The position numbers were made by a program, and so were the translations under genes. From contig NC_043003.1 of the NCBI RefSeq assembly GCF_006345805.1, positions 65,782,001 through 65,846,000 on the forward strand: 64,000 nucleotides of DNA, in the 5' to 3' direction. The notes below the pieces were generated by a model. It was given only the letters and a program-made list of their open reading frames with translations. It was not told where the DNA came from and did no database searches. Positions 52,226-64,000 of this stretch are shown piece after piece (position 1 is the first letter of the stretch; every line of letters starts with the position of its first letter). The stretch is from Octopus sinensis (taxonomy: Eukaryota).

Positions 52226-53775
52226 GTATATATATAATGATAATATTTAAGTAGTTTCATGTTCAAATTCATTGGCAGCAAAATGAACTCTAGAAATCTA
52301 ATAATCTGATGAAATACTTTTAATTTTATGAATATATTGCAGTAAAATATTTCATTACGAGAAATATGAGGAAGCCCTATATACAATAATAGAAACTACT
52401 TTTCTCAATTACATGAAGCTTTAAATTACCATCGAACGGTGTAAACGTTGAATGGGATTCGAAATTATACTGGAGTTGTTAAAGCACGTTACATTTCCAT
52501 ATTTAATCATCAGCATGGCTTCCTTAGGAAGACATTAATATCTTGCCTTATTTCCAATTTAATCCGATTTAAGCTGTTCAATTTGAAAGCATTCTACAAT
52601 TAACAGTAAACAATCGCTATGTCAAACAGCATAAAGTGTCTGTCTAATATCCCCAGAGTTGTGCGCGTGTATCTTCATCAATTGTGCAGTATTTTCACTT
52701 TGGGAAATGCATAATTATATTCCGGTTTTACTCTTACTATCTGAAATTCAATTATAATAGACTATTCCATAAGTCATTGCAAACTCTGAAAATTTCATAA
52801 ACTAACTCTACGGTAGATTAATGGCAGATAATTTAAACATTGGTGATGTATTGTGTGAAGCCTACCATTACTAAACTGAACAAAGGCAAGCGAACATACG
52901 GCAGAGGGACAACTGTGCTTATTAATGTAGATTAATTATGAAATCTGAATTATTTATCGCGTTGAACTTTTTAAAAACTACACAGAAGCTTTATTTCTAA
53001 TACCAAGTTTTGTTTGTGATTTGTATTTTCTACATCGCATAGATTTATATGACATCATACGCTTGCAAGATAATATATTTTACGTGTTCAATATCCGCTA
53101 GAACTTGCGAAGTAGATATTGAAACAGTCTTATAAAAGTTTTTACAACGTTGAAGTCTGTGAGCTGGCAAAATCATTAAAAATGTCAAGAAAAAAAAAAT
53201 TGTTCGGTGATATTTCTTCTGGCTTTTTACGTCCCCGGTTCAATTCTTACAGAAGCCAATTTTGACTGTCTTCGTTTTGAAGTAAATAAAAAAATCAACT
53301 ACCAGTCAATACTGCTATCGCTGCTATTGGCTATTGTTTTCCCTGTAAAATTAGTGGCCTTGCAATCAAGTTAGACGCAATTATTCTAAGAGAGAATGTT
53401 ATGTCTAATTTCACCTTCTAAATTTCCATTTTTATACTGGTACGAAAAGCTCTCTCTTTAAAAGAAAAAGTGGGGCTATGAAGCTTACCCGTGTGACACC
53501 CTATATTGATCATTGAATCTACACACTAGGGTGGTGCATCGTGGCTTAAGTTACTTTTCGACTCTGTCTGTGTGCCGCTTAATTGGTATCTTCGGTCATA
53601 ATTAAATGCTCAATTATTTTGTGGATGGTAGCCTTGCTATTTTAAGTTCCTTTCAGTGGAACGTGTTGTTACTCCTTCACGAATTTCCAGTTAATTATAT
53701 GAAATTATACCGCGCCAGCCTGACATTCAATATTTTCCTTTATTTACGTGACAATCACGTAATACCCACACAAAA

Positions 53776-54152
53776 TGTGGAGGCACAATGGCCCAGTGGT
53801 TAGGGCAGCGGACTTGCGGTCGTAGGATCGCGGTTTCGATTCCCAGACCGGGTGTTGTGATTGTTTATTGAGCGAAAACATCTAAAGCTCCACGACGCTC
53901 CGGCAGAGGGTGGTGGCGAACCCTACTCTATTCTTTCACCACAACTTTCTCTCACTTTTTGTTTCTGTTGTAGCTGTATTTCAAAGGGCCAGCCCTGTCA
54001 CACTCTGTGTCGGGCTGAATATCCCCGAGAACTACGTTAAGGGTACACGTGTCTGTGGAGTGCTCAGCCACTTGCACGTTAATATCACGATCACGCCATT
54101 CCGTTGATCGGATCAACTGCATCCCTCGTCGTCATAACCGACGGAGTGCCAC
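53776..54152 (+). mobile_element. tRNA-derived SINE with a different head and the same 3' half as 21721-22044
   Basis: A/B boxes tggcccagtgg / ggtttcgattccc; 3' half gagaactacgttaagggtacacgtgtctgtggagtgctcagccacttgcacgttaat. Confidence 0.85.
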
Positions 54153-55544
54153 GGCTTTTTGGCAAGCTACTGCATATCTATGTGATTATCTGTGATTTTC
54201 ATGACTAATACACACCATTTATTTTGAAATTTTCTTGGGAAAATACAAAAGGAATTTTCTGATAAATACTTAAGTTATATTGTAGCGCAACAGAAGTTCC
54301 TGTCTGCACAAAATGAATACTTTAAATTGTTTTATGGAAAGTTTTATTAATCCACGACCTTCGATTGAAACTTTTATTAACAAGAGTCACTCTGTCGCGT
54401 GAAAATGTGAATCCGAAACTTAGAGTCTTAACAAATAACAAAAGGCATTTTTGTTCGATGCTTTAAATATCTGAAAGATCACACACTTCATATACATTTC
54501 TCGTATTAAAGTTGTTGTTTCGTAACCTGATTCAAATATTGCTGGAAGCGATGCAGTTTGTTGATGGAGACCCAATATATTTATCAGCAAGAATAATAAT
54601 ACCCACATACAAAGTCCCCCATTACTACAGCATCATTTGAAGTAGCGACTTACAGAGCACTTTCACTTTGAAAGCCAGCCTAATATGAAGTGAAATGTTC
54701 TACAGTAGGCCTATTTATATTCTTGACAGATTTAACATTATTTTGGCTCTAATCCAAATAGCCATTTAATCATTATCCTTCTCTCATTTGTTTGCGATGG
54801 TAACTGACGTCTTAATTGTCTGTGTAAGTATTATCATCACATCAAAGAATAATAAATCTGAATTAAGAGTAATTCAGATGAATTATTTAGGAAGTAAGTT
54901 GAGGGAATATAATATAAAGCTCAGAGGACAACAAAATACATACCATTTTGGATGCTTTCCAAGTTTTACATAAAATAAATTTTAAGTATGGAATGACTTT
55001 TATATGAAGGCTATAGCATTTTGAAATTGTTAAGCCCGTGTTTATGTAACTCATAATATCATGATGTGCTAACATAAATCTTTCTTTTCTGACTGAGTGA
55101 TAGAAGACAGGATAACAATGTGTTGCTCTTATAACCCGTGTCATTTCATATTAATGGTTTATAACTAATAGTCTCTTTAAGTAATTTCTTAAGAAGTATA
55201 TACTTAGTAAATACGTTTGGAACTTGTGTTAAATTATTACCATGCTATAAATATTTATAAAAGTAAGTTGGAAGATTTATAAACGAATGCATGGAATAAA
55301 TTTACAAACTCTATGATAGTTTTTACAAAGGTTCCTTTCCATCGAAGCCCAAATATTCGGCCGCAAACGAATGTCTGATTGAAGGTTTCGTTTCATTAGT
55401 TGTCACTGAAGCGCAGCAGGAAACCTCTACATAACCCCACCCACATCAAAAGCTCCCCCTATTTTTGGCTGCATATACTCCATATCACTGTTATTTACAG
55501 AATGTGTTCTTTCACCCAGAATCAACAAATATTATATAATGCCT

Positions 55545-56050
55545 ATTGTATTGGCATCCTTTCTGTCTCGGGAGACAATGGAGTTGCGCATGAAGTAGTT
55601 AGTCCGGCTTTTATATTTCATGTCCTAATACATTTCCTGCTGTGGCTGTGTAGTCCTATCCTGGACAAACACCGCCTCTGGCAGGTACCGCAAATGTAGC
55701 GAAGACTGTTCCTGGCTGGTTGTAGTGCGATAGTCTCTTGTTTACGTCTCTTCCTTTCTTTCCATTTCTCCTCTCTCTCTCTGTCACTCCTTTGCATTCC
55801 CTCTTTTACTGTACGTCGCCATTCTCCACGGTTGCCGGCAACTGCCTCCCAACCGCTAATATTGATGTTGCAGGCCTTCATGTCCCTTTTGCAACCATCC
55901 TTGTAACATAAGATCGGTCACCCACAGACCTAGTACCCCTAGCAAGCTCTCCGTAGAGTATGTCCTTGGGGATTCTGCCATCATTCATACGGCTAACATG
56001 CCCAAGCCATCTCATACGTCTTTCTGTGAGGAGTGCAAACATGATTGGTA
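55545..56050 (-). mobile_element. RTE/BovB-like LINE 3' end
   Basis: RRMRWLGHVSRMNDGRIPKDILYGELARG, then in a shifted frame WEAVAGNRGEWRRTV..CGTCQRRCLSRIGLHSHSRKC. RTE-type tail ccattgtctcccgagacagaaaggatgcc. Confidence 0.9.
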
Positions 56051-56111
56051 TTCCTATAACACAATATATAGTGCCTATAACACAAATATTAATAATTTTT
56101 TTCATTTTCTC

Positions 56112-56519
56112 ACGGCTGTGTGGTAAGTAGCTTGCTTACCAACCACATGGTTCTACGTTCAGTCCAACTGCGTGGCACCTTGGGCAAGTGTCTTCTACTA
56201 TAGCCTCGGGCCGACCAAAGACTTGTGAGTGGATTTGGTAGACGGAAACTGAAAGAAGCCCGTCGTATACATGTATATATATATATGTACGTATGTGTGT
56301 GTATATGTTTGTGTGTCTGTGTTTGTACCCCCAGCATCGCTTGACAACCGATGCTCGTGTGTTTACGTCTCCGAAACTTAGCGGTTCGACAACAAAGACT
56401 GATAGAATAATTAGCAGGCTTACAAAGAATAAGTCCTGGGGTCGAATTGGTCGACTAAAGGCGGTGCTCTAACATGTCCGCAGTCAAATGACTGAAACAA
56501 GTAAAAAGAGTAAAGAGAG
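56112..56519 (+). mobile_element. Dominant SINE, near full length
   Basis: Same family. Confidence 0.9.
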
Positions 56520-57006
56520 TGGATTGGTGTTTGTCTTAATGCGTTGCAACTGTTCTATCTATCAGAAGAAATGGATTTTCTTGGTTGTTTCCAAAACTTT
56601 ATTCGGTAAAATGCCTCCGCCTTTTCTTGCTGAAGTATGACTTATTTCACAATAAATCTGTTTATATTTCTTTTAGATATTTTCTCAAGTGTATATGTGC
56701 ATGTGAGTCTGTGTGTGTGTGTATGTGTGTGCTATGGAGAGACCATCTTGAAGAGTTTAGTTGAACAAAATGGCCCTCAGGCCTTTGTTATTAAGTTTGA
56801 ACCACTAATTACAAGGTACTTTGGCAGTCAAATGAAGGATGAAACACAAATACCTATACCCATCCTTCCATCCACATATATATGTATATCACCGTGATCA
56901 CTGTGACCGACCAGGCTATCAGATGTTGCTACACATCGCTGGTTACAATGCGCTTCGCATTGTATTAGCCTTTAAATGACGCCACCCCGATGGCTAGGCG
57001 AGCAGG

Positions 57007-57074
<68 letters not shown>

Positions 57075-57107
57075 TATATACGTATATGTATATACATATA
57101 TATATAT

Positions 57108-57158
<51 letters not shown>

Positions 57159-57966
57159 TGTATGTATGTATGTATGTAGGTATGTATGTATGTGCGCGTA
57201 GTATGAATATGTCCGTATATTTATGAGTATATGGAGAGGTGGTTGAATATTGTATATACACGCATCTGCGTATCTTGACTCTCGATTGCTGTCCTCGATT
57301 TTAAAATATTTGATTCAGATGAATCCCCAAAATAACAAATGTACATTGTTACGTTAAGAAGCGATGTCTGGTACACCAAATTTCGACACATGTCACTTAC
57401 AATAAACTACTTGATATATATCATAATATTCCCCTCTGCTGATTCATGTTATAAAAAGACTTACGTAATGGAAGCAGACCTGAAACATACAAATTAAATG
57501 CTTTCTTCATATTACTATTTGGTTTGACTTCATTATAATAACTATATATATTCTTTTACTTGTTTCACTCATTTAACTATGGCTTTCATAGAGTACTGCA
57601 TTAGTCGAACAAATCGACGGGTTTCGTTCAGTTTCTGTCGATCAAATCCACTGACAAGTATTTGGTCGGCGTGAGGCCATAATATAGGACACTTTTGAAA
57701 GGTGCCACGCAGTGGGATTGAATCTGGAACTATGTTGCTAGGAAGCAAGTTTCTTGCTTCTTGTCACACAGTTTTACCCGTGCGTAAATATATGGGTATG
57801 TATGTATGTATGTATGTATGTATGTATGTATGTATGTATGTATGTATGTATGTATGTATGTATGTATGTACGTATGTATGCATTAAATGGATGTTTATAT
57901 ATATACATACATAAATACATATATATATATGTATATGGATAGATAGATAGATAAATAGATAGATAA

Positions 57967-58001
<35 letters not shown>

Positions 58002-58031
58002 TATAGATAGATAGATAGATAGATAGATAGG

Positions 58032-58088
<57 letters not shown>

Positions 58089-59291
58089 GGATAGATGCAG
58101 TGAGAGGGAGAAAGACAAAGAGAAAGGGGCTTTCAATTCCGCTTGGAAATTCACTTAGAAGTCGTTAGCCGCTCCAGGGCTGTAGTACAAGATACCGCAT
58201 ATTGGGACTAATGAGGACATCACGCAGTCGCAAAACTAGCCTCTTAACCACACAATCTATCTTCTCTATGTTCTTTATGTTTATTTTTGAAACCTGTCTT
58301 TAGAGAGTCAATACCATTATTTCACTAGAAATTGTATAATTGGAACAAAACTTTTATTTATCAATAACAGTAGGAGGGCGAAACATATTGGTGTCTAGTA
58401 CGAATCACATTAGCTTTAAAGTAATGCTTATGTCTATATATACACTAAGTAGAGACACTCGGATATACATACATACATTCATACATACATACATACATAC
58501 ATACATACATACATACATACTACATACATACATACATACATACATACATACATACATACATACAATCACACACACTCATACACACACACAAGATTGTGAA
58601 ATTAGCAGACCACACTCCTGTTTTATAAAGCTTTTGGTCCATTTCCCCACCCCAGCCGTCTTAAATCATTATTGTCCAAATAGATACCTCTCAATGTTTT
58701 AATGATTCTTATGGCATTGATCATTCATTCGCATTGTACTTATTTATATGCTTTTTTTTCGGCCACTTACAACATATACTATTTTTCCATACTTATATTT
58801 TTGTATGATTTTATTTATTTATACAGACCCGTATAACGGTCTTAATAGTTTGACCTATATTTTTAAATTTAACTAACCCAATTATATCTTTGGTCAATCC
58901 CATTTCGACCAATAGGTGGTTAAACTTTACAACATATCAGTCAGTAAATTATTAAAATTAATTGTTGAGCACTTTATTATGGCAAACCATTAATTACCAC
59001 TATAAACATAATTAGTAAGAATTATTATGATTACTTCAATACGTTATGGCACTCTCACTCCTCACTCCATCTATTTGCCATTTTTTATATTTTTTATTAC
59101 TTATACACCCTGTTATCCCCATAGAAAAATTAACCCACCAATTAATATTTTAAGTTTAGTCATTTACGCAACGTCCTGAAGTAACCATAAGCAAAATGGT
59201 ATGATTTATATATATTAAGCCTTCCATCTGCTTCTCGAGGGTCTTCTTCTTTTCTTTTCTTTCCTTTTCTTTTCTTTTATGTATTTTTCTT

Positions 59292-59410
59292 CAATCTGAT
59301 GAAGCTCCATGTTCCAGATCGGATGTATTTCCAATATGGATGAATATTATTTCTAAAATTTTCAATGGCAATACTATATAAACATTGGAAGCAGAAACAG
59401 CTGTTAGATG
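59292..59410 (+). ncRNA. Degenerate hammerhead-like motif
   Basis: CUGAUGA (59296-59302), A-GCUCCAUGUU..AACAUUGGAAGC-A, GAAAC-AGCU-GUU. Stem I pairs poorly. Confidence 0.45.
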
Positions 59411-59543
59411 GGATACAGTCTATTTGTATTTAATTAAAAAGTAATAATTGATGTTAGTCAATTGTTGTTGATCAATATTTCAATATTTCTCCATTTTCTG
59501 TTTATTTTATATTATACACACACACACACACACACACACATAC

Positions 59544-59589
<46 letters not shown>

Positions 59590-59692
59590 TAAATCCAAAC
59601 AAGAAAACACAGAAAAAAAGAGAAAAAACACAGCAACGCAGGACGTGGAACAATTAAAGTATTATTGACGCTCAGGAAAGAAGGGAAGGAGG

Positions 59693-59727
59693 GTCTAACG
59701 TTTCGAGCGGAGCTCTTCGTCGGAAAC
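59693..59727 (-). ncRNA. Mini-hammerhead motif (stem III reduced to palindromic AACGUU), U4C core
   Basis: Minus: GUUU-CCGACGA-A-GAGC-UCC-GCUC-GAAAC-GUU-AGAC. It lies in a short element (~59586-59770) whose 3' end abuts (TA)n. Confidence 0.6.
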
Positions 59728-59807
59728 AAGGAGAAGGAAAGATCCCAAGGAGGAAAGACAGAGGAGAAAATATTTGAGCTGGTGGTGCTCAAGCGATCAC
59801 ATGTATT

Positions 59808-60175
59808 ACTCTCTTTACTCTTTTACTTGTTTCAGTCATTTGACTGTGGCCATGCTGGAGCACCGCCTTTGGTCGAGCAAATCGACCCCGGGACTTATTC
59901 TTTGTAAGCCCAGTACTTATTCTATCTGTCCCTTTTGCCGAACCGCTAAGTGACGGGGACAAACAGAGACAGACATACAAACACACACATACATATATAT
60001 ATTTATATATACGACAGGCTTCTTTCAGTTTCCGTCTACCAAATCCACTCACAAGGCATTGGTCGGCCCGGGGCTATAGCAGAAGACACTTGCCCAAGAT
60101 GCCACGCAGTGGGACTGAACCCGGAACCATGAGGCTGTTTAGCAAGCTACTTACCACACAGCCACTCCTGCGCCT
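59808..60175 (-). mobile_element. Dominant SINE, full length with a small internal deletion
   Basis: Same family. Confidence 0.9.
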
Positions 60176-60177
60176 TT

Positions 60178-60220
<43 letters not shown>

Positions 60221-60253
60221 TATATATATAAAGAGATAGATTTCGATAGATAT

Positions 60254-60333
<80 letters not shown>

Positions 60334-61131
60334 ATAGATATTCATAACTGTACAAGCATACATATATAGTATATAGTAAAACTTTACTGACTAACTCCAG
60401 AAGCCTTATGATGTTCATATATTAACTGATCGGTATATGTTAGGCGAAATTGTTATAATTTGCAAGTAGAGCACCACCAAGCAGTATGTCGATTGTATAA
60501 ATCAGCTCTCTCTCTCTCCTTTTACTCTCTCTATACATATATACATATGTGTGTGTGTGCGTGTGTGTGTGTGCGTGTGTGTGTGTGCGTGTGTGTGTGT
60601 GCGTGTGAGTGTGTATGTGTAGCTGATATTGTACTTTTCTGATATTTAAAATTATATTTTGGTCAAATGCATCTTTAATTTCCTCTCAGCTTCTCTTATC
60701 ACACAGATTTCTGAACCGTGATGTTGGTCACATAGCAAAATAGAATATCGATCGTGTTATTTTCTCATATTTATGTACTTATTTTTTTATCTAATTCATG
60801 TTAACGAAACTAATACGATCCATAATGCATACGCTATTTTCTCTACAGCTAATTCCAGATATTATAAAAGAAACAAATTAAATTCTCTTCGATTGAAGAC
60901 CGTCTATTCCCCGTAAGTTTAACACTGTATTTTGCTATTATTATTAATTTCTTTGTAGACATCACCGAAAATATGTTTTTTATAAAGTACTTGTGATGCC
61001 ATTTTGGCTATAACGTTCATCTTTCTGCTATAATGTTGCATTTTTTTAGCTATACATCATGAAGATGTCCGCTGACAGCTTCCTGAATTTTTATCAAGAG
61101 GTTTGCATTAAACATTTTGGGTGAGTGTGTT

Positions 61132-61209
<78 letters not shown>

Positions 61210-61242
61210 GCATATTTCGATTATTAATACCGAAAAGAAATG

Positions 61243-61278
<36 letters not shown>

Positions 61279-61717
61279 TTCCGACGGAAAAAAGAAAACG
61301 GTAGCCGCATTTTACTTCAAGTTTTTCATATTAGTACCTAATTGAATCAAGAAAAAAAAACACTTGATACAAATTTGCAAACTGATGTTCAATTTCATTC
61401 AATAATAGCTATTTTCTTTGGGGTGCATTGGTGCGTTCTAATCCGGTACAGATTTAGACGAATTTTTCTCACGATCTTACAGTTGTAGAACATGTTTCCT
61501 AAAGTAGCTACAATCTAAATTTAATATTTACTGATACAATCTACATCAAGATATAGATAGTTTATAATCATTTGATATGATTGAGTTAGCGCTGCAATGT
61601 TTATCGTCCAATTTCATTGAAGTACTGCAAGCAAACTAAAGAGATTTGATTATGCATTATGTAATCAAGCAGTTTAATTAATACGAATTATACGGATTCG
61701 CCCATATATGGAGTTAT

Positions 61718-61758
<41 letters not shown>

Positions 61759-61881
61759 CTCCAGTATGTGTTAATTCGTTCTGTAATGTATGATATAATA
61801 TATGCGGCTGAATGGTAAGAAGCTTCATTCCCAAGAACATAGTCTGTTTCTGTTCTAATGTGTTTTGGTGTAGTGATATAC

Positions 61882-62026
61882 ATATATATACCGGAGTAAG
61901 CACATAAATGTGAAACAAAGTGGAAAAAAGAGTACTCAAATACCAGAGGTAGAGTAATATGCTTTATTGAAAAGCAGCAGAAATATAACAAAAGCTGTTA
62001 CTCGGAGTTTCACGTTCCCGTTCAGT
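61882..62026 (-). mobile_element. TA-flanked short element with truncated hammerhead (3' half only)
   Basis: Minus: ..cuga-ACG-GGAA-CGU-GAAAC-UCCGA-GUA-acag. The CUGANGA core is incomplete; microsatellite lies on both sides. Confidence 0.45.
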
Positions 62027-62329
62027 TATATATATGTATATATATATCTATATATATATATATATAATATATATATATATATATTTATGCGTGTGTTCTT
62101 GTGACAGTATTTACCCCCCAAATGTCGCTTGACTACCGATGTTGGTGTGTTTAGGTCCCCCTAACGCCAGTGGTCCAGCAAAAGAGACTCATAAGATAAG
62201 TACTAGGCTTACAAAGAATAATTCCTAGGATCGATTTCTTCGTCTAAAAAGCCCTATAAGGCGATGCTCCAGAATGGTCGCAGGCAAACAAATGAAATTA
62301 CTGAAACGCACACACAGAACCCTCCCCCC

Positions 62330-62376
<47 letters not shown>

Positions 62377-62421
62377 GAGAGAGAGGTGGAAAAGCAAAAT
62401 GCAATTCCGAAGATTCAAATC

Positions 62422-62461
62422 CACTACAATTGTTTCGACGCATTCTGCACCGCTTCAGGTG
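62422..62461 (-). ncRNA. Degenerate minimal hammerhead (A9C)
   Basis: Minus: CAC-CUGAAGC-GGUGCA-GAA-UGCGUC-GAAAC-AAUU-GUA-GUG. The element's 3' end runs into (TC)n/(TA)n at ~62370. Confidence 0.5.
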
Positions 62462-63184
62462 ACGTTTTAGACAAGTATCTCAGTATTTTTCTGCACCGTT
62501 TCATGTTTGCATTATGCACTTGTGATGTAAGACGATTGAACGGTCAGCGTCTCATCTAGAAGCTACAAGTTTAGAGTGTGTCGCAACAACTGTAGTGATT
62601 TGGAATAATGAGTCACGTGTGTTCTATTTTCTCTTTCTGATTTAATTTTTCTATAAAGTCTACGGACTCCAAAGAATTACTAATGTAAATCCGGTACACA
62701 TCTTATACAGTTTCTGTTTACCATTTAAATGTTTGTTGAGTTTGCAAAATGCTGAGGTGAAAATTACAAAATAACGTAGGTAGTTATACGTAGTATCAAA
62801 CCGACAAAGGCAAATTCAGTAGTGGCAACGGTCACATAATTTTACAGACGAATCTAGTCTACCCCACTGATCTAGAATAATTTATGAGGTGGTTATCTCT
62901 CCTGTCCGTATAAGAAAATATGCTTCCTTGCAGCAGTTCTAAGGGTTTTAACTATGATTTCTAGCAAAATAGGTGCTACACAGCACCCTAAGTCACAATT
63001 AGTGAGAATTTTATAGTGCCTTAAATCACTCCAATACGCTACGACACATGAACCTTTTGAACTTTCCTGAACTTATTTTGTTGTTTGTGTTTTTTCTATT
63101 TTTTTTTTCATTTTTTTCTTACTCTGTTTCTTTTCTGAAAGCTTTCTTTTTTTCATTCTCTCACTGATTTATTTTCTCGTGTTC

Positions 63185-63220
63185 CTTTCTCTTGAAGAGC
63201 GCAGGCTCGAAACGTAAAAG
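63185..63220 (+). ncRNA. Degenerate mini-hammerhead in a short repeat (element ~63100-63305)
   Basis: CUUU-CUCUUGA-A-GAGC-GCAG-GCUC-GAAAC-GUA-AAAG. The core has 2 mismatches. The same family is present, more decayed, on the minus strand at ~2275-2400. Confidence 0.45.
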
Positions 63221-63316
63221 ATCTTCTCACCTTCCCGAGCGTTAAATTAATACACCTGTTTGTTGTTTACATATCTGTCTTCGTCTTCTTTTGTAAATTA
63301 CAACTATATATATATA

Positions 63317-63840
63317 TAAATTTATCTAGCTTCTGTGTTCCTAGCACATATTTCGCCTTAATGTACTGATATATGAAAAATATATGGCTTGTGCTAGAAA
63401 TACCAGCTAAAATAATTATTTTTATTTTATCGCAATTTGATTTGTTTACATATTTCTCGATAAATTTTGAGCGCTAGACGATATACCAGAAATCCCTAGT
63501 TTTGTCGGGACGTTCGGAGTCTGCGCAGTGATCTGATTAGTTAGAGAGAGTAAATCATTAGAAGCACATGCTTCTAGTGAGTTAGGATCTCAGAACAACA
63601 GGGCTCTTACCGATGAATTCTCCCTGAGCAAATAAATTATCTTTATTGCTGAAAAGAAAGAAACTGCAGTCTAAGAGTAACCGAGTTAGTAAATGTTTTT
63701 ATCTTCATTTCACTAAATTTATCTAGCTTCTGTGTTCCTAGCACATATTTCGCCTTAATGTACTGATATATGAAAAATATATGGCTTGTGCTAGAAATAC
63801 CAGCTAAAATAATTATTTTTATTTTATCGCAATTTGATTT

Positions 63841-63845
<5 letters not shown>
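63317..63845 (+). mobile_element. Short non-coding HHR-bearing element, partial tandem (397-nt unit + 132-nt exact terminal direct repeat), retrozyme/pLTR-like
   Basis: 63317-63448 is identical to 63714-63845. (TA)n lies on both sides, and the HHR is at 63604-63677. Confidence 0.85.
63604..63677 (+). ncRNA. Type I hammerhead ribozyme, U4C core variant
   Basis: Stem I CUCUUA/UAAGAG (6 bp), CCGAUGA, then A-UUCU..AGAA-A with inner AGCAAAUAAA/UUUAUUGCU, then GAAAC-UGCA-GUC. Predicted cut 63671|63672. Confidence 0.75.
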
Positions 63846-63912
<67 letters not shown>

Positions 63913-64000
63913 GTATGTATATGTATATATATGTAATATATATACATACGCACGTACATACGTATATTCGTACATATGTACACAAATATAGGTTTAGATA

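Noticed and set aside
7776-52365. Isolated CUGANGA matches (for example 7777, 21426, 36157 minus, 36987 minus, 40295 minus, 52306)
   Set aside because: None has a stem II closed before GAAA together with a stem III/NUH and stem I.
54420-54608. 62-aa minus ORF with a signal-peptide-like start (MWVLLFLLINILGL)
   Set aside because: Short, with no recognisable family or supporting splice or expression evidence; expected by chance in 64 kb.

Overview
This is AT-rich, microsatellite-saturated eukaryotic DNA. Its tRNA-derived SINEs and (TA)n/(TAA)n/(TCTA)n landscape resemble what I recall of Octopus/coleoid cephalopod genomes (inference, not a database result). I found no intact host gene. Almost all listed ORFs are translated microsatellites, and the recognisable coding sequence is decayed transposon. 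It comprises a near-full-length Penelope-like element (RT + GIY-YIG, 3 frameshifts), 3' ends of RTE, CR1/L2-like, Tx1-like and R4/Dong-like LINEs, a Gypsy integrase relic and several Tc1/mariner relics. There are also many SINEs, foldback elements and local duplications. The most notable signal is a set of short non-coding elements, most abutting (TA)n tracts, that carry minimal type I hammerhead ribozyme (HHR) motifs with palindromic stem III loops. Two are partial tandems with terminal direct repeats: a 595-nt unit at 48153-48810 and a 397-nt unit at 63317-63845, i.e. retrozyme/pLTR-like. One is a 99%-identical inverted pair of HHRs (4836-5352), and several more are mini or degenerate HHRs from other families. 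A plausible partner, a Penelope-like RT, lies in the same window, also between microsatellite tracts. All folds were derived by eye and none is experimentally or computationally confirmed.
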